A stretch of DNA of 64,000 nt from Elusimicrobiota bacterium (lineage in GTDB: Bacteria > Elusimicrobiota > Elusimicrobia > UBA1565 > UBA9628): assembly GCA_031423795.1 (NCBI GenBank), contig JANPGH010000015.1:28006-92005 (forward strand), in the 5' to 3' direction. The number at the start of each line of letters is the position of its first letter. The first letter of the stretch is position 1. Positions 18,559 to 25,603 of this stretch are shown in pieces. The translations under genes and the position numbers were made by a program. The notes beneath the pieces were generated by a model. The model was not told the origin of the DNA. It did not search any database and worked only from the letters and a program-made list of their open reading frames with translations.

Positions 18559-19765
18559 GACGCAGAGCCTCGGCGGGCTTGAGCCTCCCGGCGCGCAGCG
18601 CCGGCGGGAGGGTCGCCAGCAGCGTCACGAAGTAAACCGTGCCGCAGGCGAACGCATGCTGTGCCCAGGCCGGGCGCAGATAAATAATGGACGGAAACGG
18701 TAAAAAGTATTTGAATGCGTCGCCGACGGGCAAGCGCAGGCCGGTGCGGCCGAAATGAGCGATCAGTATCGCGCCGATGCCCAGACCCAAGATCGTGCCG
18801 ACCGCGCCTAGAAGTGCTGACTCCATCATGAGCAGGCGTATGATCCACCGCGGCCGCGCGCCGATGGCCATCAGCACACCGAACTCGCGCACGCGTTCAA
18901 ATAGACTCATCAACTGCGTGTTGAGAACTCCCAAGGCTACGATCGCGAAGACGACGAAGAGAACGATGGTCAGGATCCCGTCTTGGAAGGCTTGGATGCC
19001 AATGATTTCCTTGTCGATCGATCGCCAACTGAGCGCGCCGACGGCGCCGGGACCGAGTTTGGCGTCCAAATCGGCCGCCACGGCCGCCGATTCGTTGATG
19101 TCCTTAAGTTTAATGACTAATTGGTTGGCCTGGCCCGGCCGACCCACCAACTCCTGCATCGCCGAAAGCGGTATCCACACCATTTGTCCATCGAAAGATT
19201 CGGAACCGGTCTCGCTGATGCCCACCAGGCGGAATACTTCCGCCCCCATTGAGCCGTCGGCGGCCTGCGCCATCACCACGATTTTCTCGCCCATACGTAC
19301 GTCCAAGCGGTTGGCGATCTTTCGCCCCATCACTACACCTTTCGGCTGTCCTTCTAGATATGTCCCTTCTTTGATGTAGCCGGCCATGTCGGTGACCTGA
19401 CGCTCTTTTTCGGGTTCAACGGCGCATATCAAGGCGCCCAGCGACATTTTCGGCGCGGAGACGAGGCCCGTGATCTGGATGCGCCGTCCCCAGGCCAACA
19501 CGCGCGAGTCGGCGTCAAGAAGCGCGGCACCGCGCGACGGATCGGCGATGAACTTGTCCGGGAATTTTGGCTCATCGACATCGCGGCGCTGGATACGCAC
19601 GTGGCCGGTGAACGATGCTGTCGCTTTTTCGATCAATTGCTGCTGCAGCGAGCGCATCATGCTCTGCCCGAACATAATCGCGGCCAAGCCGAAACTCATC
19701 GCCGCGACATTGATCAGCGAGCGGCGACGGTTGCGCCAGACGTTGCGCCAGGCAAGATGAAGCAT
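18551..19765 (-). CDS. ABC transporter permease, FtsX/MacB/LolC-E type
   Basis: 404 aa. TM1, then a ~230-aa periplasmic domain, then three C-terminal TM segments (FtsX architecture). N-terminal LAWRNVWRNRRRS motif. Confidence 0.9.
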   Translation of the reverse strand: MLHLAWRNVWRNRRRSLINVAAMSFGLAAIMFGQSMMRSLQQQLIEKATASFTGHVRIQRRDVDEPKFPDKFIADPSRGAALLDADSRVLAWGRRIQITGLVSAPKMSLGALICAVEPEKERQVTDMAGYIKEGTYLEGQPKGVVMGRKIANRLDVRMGEKIVVMAQAADGSMGAEVFRLVGISETGSESFDGQMVWIPLSAMQELVGRPGQANQLVIKLKDINESAAVAADLDAKLGPGAVGALSWRSIDKEIIGIQAFQDGILTIVLFVVFAIVALGVLNTQLMSLFERVREFGVLMAIGARPRWIIRLLMMESALLGAVGTILGLGIGAILIAHFGRTGLRLPVGDAFKYFLPFPSIIYLRPAWAQHAFACGTVYFVTLLATLPPALRAGRLKPAEALRHV

Positions 19766-19774
19766 CGAAGGCGG

Positions 19775-19783
19775 ATTCTATCA
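19775..19783 (-). promoter_or_regulatory. extended -10 element TGaTAGAAT, 9 nt upstream of the permease ATG
   Basis: The minus strand reads TGATAGAAT-ccgccttcg-ATG (ATG at 19765). No SD. Confidence 0.45.
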
Positions 19784-19879
19784 TTTACCCCTTACCCGGC
19801 CCATTAGGCCTTCCGGCCGTCGAAAGATAGGTCGAAGGTCTCTATGCAGGCAATGGAGCGGCCCGGTAGGATACCGCCG

Positions 19880-21487
19880 ATGCGTTTTTCCTTGACGGCT
19901 GCCGCGATCGTCCTTATTGCCCCGTACTCCGGCGCGGTTAAGTCGGCCTATCCCGAGCGCGTCCGGCAGTACCCGGGCGGTATTCTCATCAACTTGCCGG
20001 TGACGTTCGAGTTGAGCCGCGTCGCGTTCGGGCGCTTGCCCCAGGAACTGATGGAGACCTCCGTCAGCGATTGGCCCGCCGCTTTGGAGCGACGCGCCGC
20101 GGAGTTGGACGGTGGAAAACCAGCGTCGTCCGAAAGTGTGCAGTCGCGTCACCGGTTGTTGCAGGAAGTTCTGGACGCGGATATTGCCGTCGCCGGCATG
20201 GATATCCCCGAACCGGATAAGAGGCTTTTACGCCGCGATTTGCACCGATTGTCCGGACGCTTCGAGCGCGCTTACGCGGAAGACAAACGTGCCCTCCTGG
20301 ACCGCGTCTCGGCGCAGGTAGATCGCGCCGGCGAGCTCGTCGGTCGAACATGGACTTTGCCTCTCGAAGACGGTTCGGTGTTGGCCGTCAAATCGCAACA
20401 AAACGTGCAGTACGAGGCGTCGATGATGGCGCGCAGCCGGCTTTTCGGCCTGCCAACGCCGATTCCGCTTTCGACAAAGTCCTGGATTCTGGCGGGCAAA
20501 ACGAGGCGCGCCCTGACCTATTTGGTCCCGGCGTCGCAGGCGCGGGATTATTTCAGCTACCACGGCTCCCCCCTCTCCGGCCCCGCCGAAGAACGCGCGG
20601 CCGGTGTCCGGTCGTCGGCGTTGCTTGCGATCGAACAATTGGCGACGCTGGAAAGGCACGGCCATTTCCATTCGTCCTTGGCCGCGATGTCCCACACCGA
20701 GGCGCGATGGGAATGGGACTATTGGCGGGTCGACGACATGCTTTTTTTCCCCATCCGATTCGGCCCGAGCAGCATCACCCATTGGCCGGAGACGCTGCTT
20801 TATCCGAATTTGCGCGCCAGCGGACTGGCGGATTACGAGCATGTGGAGGAGTGGAAGAGGAAGCCAAATGAACGGGCACCGATCTACGGTCAAAATTTGT
20901 CCGAGTGGGCCCTCGCGACGATGAGGGGCGCGTTCGAGAACGACATGTCCGCGGAGTCGGCCGGCCGCCTCGTCGCGGACGGGTTGCTGCTTTGGGCGAG
21001 ATTGATGGTGCCTCGCGCCGCGTCAGAGGCCGATTACGCGCGTCTTCGCTCGGTGACGGCGTCCTTCGCGAGGCGATTTTACTTCGTCGAGCGAGTCGAC
21101 AAGACTTCTCTTTCGGTGCTTGCGTTTGGCAGGCTGCCGGGCCTCGTGATCCATTCGCTGTTGATGAACGCGATCTCCCCGTTGGTTCAAACGACCCAGG
21201 AGGCGAGCGTCGCGCCGAATAAATTCGATGGCGGCGTTCGCCGCGTGTCCTTCGAGATTCTCGACCTCGGCATGGGTTATTTGGTCCTCGTGGGCGCTGT
21301 TGTGGGCCTCGTTTACTCCCTCATGGCATGGTCGCTGCTGCCGCTCGCCTTCGTTGCGGCCGTACTGGCCGTATGGTTTGCGGCCAAGTACTTGTTGTAT
21401 ATGCTCGTCACCCGGCCGTTGATGATCAGGAAATTGCGCCGGCCGTGGATCGTTAGGCCCCGGACTTCTGCAGCCGCTGGTAGCTGA
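19880..21487 (+). CDS. hypothetical membrane-anchored protein (N-terminal signal/TM, two C-terminal TM helices), possibly a divergent kinase-like fold
   Basis: The ORF runs 19844..21487. ATG 19880 starts a signal-like MRFSLTAAAIVLIAPYSGA and is preceded by TAGGAT-N7. C-terminal hydrophobic pair LVLVGAVVGLVYSLMAWSLLPLAFVAAVLAVWFAAKYLL. I recognise no family. Confidence 0.6.
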   Translation: MRFSLTAAAIVLIAPYSGAVKSAYPERVRQYPGGILINLPVTFELSRVAFGRLPQELMETSVSDWPAALERRAAELDGGKPASSESVQSRHRLLQEVLDADIAVAGMDIPEPDKRLLRRDLHRLSGRFERAYAEDKRALLDRVSAQVDRAGELVGRTWTLPLEDGSVLAVKSQQNVQYEASMMARSRLFGLPTPIPLSTKSWILAGKTRRALTYLVPASQARDYFSYHGSPLSGPAEERAAGVRSSALLAIEQLATLERHGHFHSSLAAMSHTEARWEWDYWRVDDMLFFPIRFGPSSITHWPETLLYPNLRASGLADYEHVEEWKRKPNERAPIYGQNLSEWALATMRGAFENDMSAESAGRLVADGLLLWARLMVPRAASEADYARLRSVTASFARRFYFVERVDKTSLSVLAFGRLPGLVIHSLLMNAISPLVQTTQEASVAPNKFDGGVRRVSFEILDLGMGYLVLVGAVVGLVYSLMAWSLLPLAFVAAVLAVWFAAKYLLYMLVTRPLMIRKLRRPWIVRPRTSAAAGS

Positions 21488-22211
21488 AGAAGTCGTCGCC
21501 GAGAGGGATATCAAATTCGAGTTCTTGATATTGGAGCGTAGTGCGTCGGCCCTTCTTCGTTGCCGGCAGGCATTCCAAGCGCGCGGGAACGCGCCGGCCG
21601 CCGAGCATCTTGATATCGGACAGCGTGATGGTGCGTATCAACTCCCCGCGCTCGGAATAGTCCTCTTCGCGTAAACCAACGACGGCTTGGTCCGCGTCAT
21701 ATAAGGCGATCTCGGAAATGACCTTTCCCCACACCACCGGCGCGTCGGGTTTGGGCGTGGCTTCGATGCGATATACGGTCCGATCGGTCTCCTTACGCGT
21801 TGATAGGAGTTTATGCGTGTAGTCCTTGACGATGGAATCCGCCTTGACGATGTCCTCGTAGGTGAAGTCCGAGCCTTGCCAAGCGGAATGCATCATGGTG
21901 GCCGGGATTTTGATCACGCGCTCCACCTTAGGCATCCACAGCCACATTTCGTTGCGCCGGCGCAGGGTCGTCTGTCCCCGGTCCTTGGCCGGAGCGCGAA
22001 TCACGAGAAAGGCGAAATTGCGATCCTTATTCCAACCCTCGACTTCGAGAGAGCGTTTCCAGTCGGGGGTTTCGATGGTCATCGTCAGGCGTCCGCGGCT
22101 GGAATCGCCGCGCAAGGCCTTGTTGGCGCGATCGATCAGGGCCTTTACGTCGAGATCGGCCGCCGATATAAAAGGTGCGAGGAAAACGAGCACGGCGAGG
22201 AGAGGCGTCAC
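21453..22211 (-). CDS. outer-membrane lipoprotein-sorting protein (LolA-like family)
   Basis: 252 aa. Signal peptide. Sequence resembles the LolA_like family commonly linked to FtsX-type ABC or RND transporters (RLTMTIETPDWKRSLEVEGW..., FLVIRAPAKDRG). Confidence 0.75.
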   Translation of the reverse strand: MTPLLAVLVFLAPFISAADLDVKALIDRANKALRGDSSRGRLTMTIETPDWKRSLEVEGWNKDRNFAFLVIRAPAKDRGQTTLRRRNEMWLWMPKVERVIKIPATMMHSAWQGSDFTYEDIVKADSIVKDYTHKLLSTRKETDRTVYRIEATPKPDAPVVWGKVISEIALYDADQAVVGLREEDYSERGELIRTITLSDIKMLGGRRVPARLECLPATKKGRRTTLQYQELEFDIPLGDDFFSYQRLQKSGA

Positions 22212-22220
22212 GTCGATATA

Positions 22221-22526
22221 CTACAAAAGGGCGTCGGCGATACGTTGCCAAGCTTTCATTTTCCGCTGCAGCGGTATAGAGGCGTTTGCCGGAGAAGACG
22301 AGGGCAGTGCTACGATCGTCATTGCGTCCGGGAGAGACGGGCATGCCTTGACGAATGCGGCGGCGGCTTTGGCTCCATTGAGGAAAACGAAGCGCACGCC
22401 AGTTTTTTGGATCAAGTGGAGAATTGGATTATGGCGTTCGTCGCGAATAGAGGCGTCTCCGGGAAGCGAACCCAGGACGAGAATGCGCGGACGACGGCCA
22501 AAGACGGGTGGAAATGAGCGTTTCAC
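22221..22526 (-). CDS. uracil-DNA-glycosylase-superfamily (DNA-deoxyinosine glycosylase-like) mini-protein, internally shortened; possible gene remnant
   Basis: 101 aa. The N-terminal FPPVFGRRPRILVLGSLPGDAS and C-terminal VFLNGAKAA...ALPSSSPANASIPLQRKMKAW resemble the two ends of family members that I recall as ~160-170 aa. The middle part is absent. GTG start preceded by TAAAAT-N6. Confidence 0.55.
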   Translation of the reverse strand: MKRSFPPVFGRRPRILVLGSLPGDASIRDERHNPILHLIQKTGVRFVFLNGAKAAAAFVKACPSLPDAMTIVALPSSSPANASIPLQRKMKAWQRIADALL

Positions 22527-22590
22527 GTCTTCATTTTACTGAAATATTCTCGCAATATTATTTGAGCGCGCCCAGTTATATTACTGGGCC

Positions 22591-24546
22591 ATGCACATAA
22601 TCTGGTCGCTCGTTTTGGGAGTTGCCGTGGCCGCGTCCGCCGCTCCCGATGCCAGTCCCACATACAGCCTCGGGCAAGTCCTGGTCAAGTTTCGCGCGAT
22701 GCCCTCAGGTATTGGACGAAGCCTGGCGTCTCAGCAGTTTTCGCTACTTTCGGCGTCGGCACAGGAGCTTCTCACTCGATACCAAGTGCAAAGTTTGCGC
22801 CGGATATTTCCGGCCGTGACCGCGAGCAGTACGACTTCGTTTTCCGCCATTCTGAACAAAAACGTGACGGTGCCCGATCTCTATGCCTGGTGCGTACTGC
22901 GTGTTTCCTCAACGACAGACATCACGGACTTGGCCGCACGGATGCGTCGAGAACCTCAGGTGGAGAATGCAGAGCCCAACTACTTCGTCAGCGCCTTGGA
23001 AACCACCCCGAATGATCCGTCCTTTGGCTTACAGTGGTTTCATAAGAACACCGGGCAATTTTCCGGAGGCCTGGCCGGGGCCGACCTCAGAAGCACGTTT
23101 GTCTGGAGTCACCTGACGGCCTCCACTGTCAAAATCGCGGTCCTCGACACGGGTATCAGCTCGACCCATGCCGACTTGGTCGCCAATACCATCGCGGGTC
23201 GAAACATCGTCGACAACAATGCGGTGACTGAGGATGGATACGGCCATGGGACGCATGTTGCCGGAATCATCGGTGCCCGGGGTAACAATGGCGTAGGAGT
23301 GGCCGGAATTCTATGGACCGCACAATTGATGCCCGTACGGGTTCTTGACAACTCGGGCACCGGCACCATGGCCGATGTCGCCGAAGGCATCGCCTGGGCG
23401 GCCGACAATGGCGCCAAAATAGAGAATATGTCCCTGGGCGGCACGGGCGCATCGAGCATCCTGGAAGACGCGGTGAATTACGCCTATGGCCTGGGCGTAT
23501 TGATCGTTGCTTCCGCCGGCAACGACGGGACTGAAACCGTTCAATATCCGTGCCGCTACGACAATGTCGTTTGCGTGGCCGCCACCGATCATGCCGACAA
23601 GATCGCGACTTTTTCTACGCGCGGATCGTGGGTCGACATCGCGGCTCCCGGTGAAAATATTTTTTCGACTCTCGCCACCGGGGCGTGTCCGCTTTGCGAC
23701 CCGACGGGCTACGGCTACCTAGATGGGACTTCGATGGCCTCTCCCATGGTGGCGGGAGTGGCCGGTCTCATACTGGCGAGACATCCGTCTTGGACGCCGA
23801 CGCAGGTTCGCACCCAGATTCTGACCAATGTCACCGACATCAATGCTCGTAATCCCACTCTGACAGGCAAGTTCGGTACGGGAAGATTGAATGCGGCCGC
23901 GGCCGTGTTTCAAAAGCCGGCAGTGGTGACGAGCATCGCGTTGACTCCGGACAACACCAATATCGCTAACGGATCGATTATCACGAATTACGCGATGAGC
24001 CTTTCATCCGACGCCAGCGCTCCCCAGGTTCGTGTCAGTCTCATCAACCAGCTGAACCAGGAGTTGGGCGTGGGTACGACAACCCAGGTTATCGTTGCCG
24101 GAGAATTAAACGTGTCCGGGAACATCCATTTAGGCGCCATTTCAACCACCTATCCGTTGACCTCAAGAATTATTTTGCGCGCGACGTTGGTGGACGACTT
24201 TTTCACGGTCAGCAGTGACCTGAAAACTTGGAATTTTTCAGAAACAGAGAGCATTCCGGTCGGTGGAGCCGCAGCGGTTTGGAATCCCCTGTTCGATCCA
24301 CGCAATCGTCAGAGTGCCACCGTGAGATTGACCTTAAATCGAGCGGGACATGTCCGCGTGCGCATATTCACGACGGCGGGACGATTGGTGCAAACGTTAG
24401 CCGATGAAGAGACTGCGGCGGGCGTGCGGACGTGGGATTGGTCAGGAACGAATACCCAAGGATCGCTGGCAGCCAGCGGTCTTTACCTAGTTCATATCCA
24501 GGCGCCCGGCGTCGATACGATCAAAAAAATGGTGTTGGTGAAATGA
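22591..24546 (+). CDS. secreted S8 (subtilisin-family) serine peptidase with T9SS type-A / FlgD-Ig-like C-terminal sorting domain
   Basis: Signal peptide. I9-like propeptide. Catalytic contexts VLDTGI, HGTHVAGII, GTSMASPMVAGVAG. Last ~85 aa (VRLTLNRAGHVRVRIFTTAGRLV...SGLYLVHIQAPGVDTIKKMVLVK) match the T9SS CTD pattern. Confidence 0.88.
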   Translation: MHIIWSLVLGVAVAASAAPDASPTYSLGQVLVKFRAMPSGIGRSLASQQFSLLSASAQELLTRYQVQSLRRIFPAVTASSTTSFSAILNKNVTVPDLYAWCVLRVSSTTDITDLAARMRREPQVENAEPNYFVSALETTPNDPSFGLQWFHKNTGQFSGGLAGADLRSTFVWSHLTASTVKIAVLDTGISSTHADLVANTIAGRNIVDNNAVTEDGYGHGTHVAGIIGARGNNGVGVAGILWTAQLMPVRVLDNSGTGTMADVAEGIAWAADNGAKIENMSLGGTGASSILEDAVNYAYGLGVLIVASAGNDGTETVQYPCRYDNVVCVAATDHADKIATFSTRGSWVDIAAPGENIFSTLATGACPLCDPTGYGYLDGTSMASPMVAGVAGLILARHPSWTPTQVRTQILTNVTDINARNPTLTGKFGTGRLNAAAAVFQKPAVVTSIALTPDNTNIANGSIITNYAMSLSSDASAPQVRVSLINQLNQELGVGTTTQVIVAGELNVSGNIHLGAISTTYPLTSRIILRATLVDDFFTVSSDLKTWNFSETESIPVGGAAAVWNPLFDPRNRQSATVRLTLNRAGHVRVRIFTTAGRLVQTLADEETAAGVRTWDWSGTNTQGSLAASGLYLVHIQAPGVDTIKKMVLVK

Positions 24547-25574
24547 ATTCGCGGGTCTTAGCCATTTTTATCGCTTGCGTCGCGCCATGCTGGGTGTATG
24601 CGGCGGCGGGCGCTGGCTCCACAGGCGCTCAGTTCTTAAACACCCCGGTCAACGCTCGGATCGTCAGCATGGGCGGAGCATTCACGGCGGTAAGCGACGA
24701 CGTGGGCTCAATTCATTCCAATCCCGCCGGTTTGGCATTGCTGCGACAACAACAAATTAGCGCGATGTATCAAAAGCAAATCTCAGATTTGAAAACGGAA
24801 TTTATTGGCTATGCCTTGCCGTTGCCAGATTTTGGGCTTTTTAGCGATTCCACCTTATTTCCAAATGACGGACGTCGAACCGCTTTGGGCGTTTCGCTCC
24901 TGATGTCGCAAAAGGGAGAGCTCGACTTGATCGAAACAAATTCGGATGGTTCCTTCTCGAATGCGAAGACGGTCTCCGCGGGATCGGACATGTTGGTGAG
25001 CGTAGCCTATGGCGCGGAAATCGGCGATTGGTTCGGTTCAGAGGAGCAATTGATCGGAGGAAGCGCGCGGTACCTGAAATCCACACTCGCGGGAAAATAT
25101 TCAGCGCATACGTATTCTTTTGATTTGGGGTATCTGGCGGTCACGCAGGTGCCGGGACTGCGCCTGGGGTGCGCGGTGCAAAATATCGGAGGTGGCATTA
25201 AATTTAAGGAGGAAGAAGATCGCCTGCCGCTCACGTTTCGTCTGGGTACGGCCTGGATGCCTTTGGGTTCTAGCGAAGCTTCGCGTCGCTTGACCCTCGC
25301 GTTGGATGGAGGTTGGGATCGGGAAGGTCAACTCAGCGGCATGCTGGGCGTTGAGTATTGGTTTTACAAGCAGGCGGCGCTGCGCAGCGGCTACCAATTA
25401 GGAAACAATTTCCAGACCTGGAGTTTGGGAGTAGGATTTAAGTTGCCCGCAATGTTCCCCCCCGGCGATAGTTTTTGGGGAATCGATTACGCCTTCGTGC
25501 CCATCGGAGACCTTGGAGCGACCCATTATCTGTCTTTGTCCATGGAATTCGGACAATCACGCTCACGTCGTTAA
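24543..25574 (+). CDS. PorV/PorQ-family outer-membrane beta-barrel protein
   Basis: 343 aa. Signal peptide. N-terminal signature GSTGAQFLNTPVNARIVSMGGAFTAVSDDVGSIHSNPAGLA. ATGA overlap with the S8 stop. Confidence 0.8.
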   Translation: MNSRVLAIFIACVAPCWVYAAAGAGSTGAQFLNTPVNARIVSMGGAFTAVSDDVGSIHSNPAGLALLRQQQISAMYQKQISDLKTEFIGYALPLPDFGLFSDSTLFPNDGRRTALGVSLLMSQKGELDLIETNSDGSFSNAKTVSAGSDMLVSVAYGAEIGDWFGSEEQLIGGSARYLKSTLAGKYSAHTYSFDLGYLAVTQVPGLRLGCAVQNIGGGIKFKEEEDRLPLTFRLGTAWMPLGSSEASRRLTLALDGGWDREGQLSGMLGVEYWFYKQAALRSGYQLGNNFQTWSLGVGFKLPAMFPPGDSFWGIDYAFVPIGDLGATHYLSLSMEFGQSRSRR

Positions 25575-25590
25575 TTGGGCGCGCATTTAC

Positions 25591-25596
25591 TAGAAT
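25591..25596 (+). promoter_or_regulatory. -10 element TAGAAT 7 nt upstream of the GH57 GTG start (leaderless-type)
   Basis: Read directly: tagaat-cctcgtc-GTG (GTG at 25604). Confidence 0.4.
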
Positions 25597-25603
25597 CCTC
25601 GTC

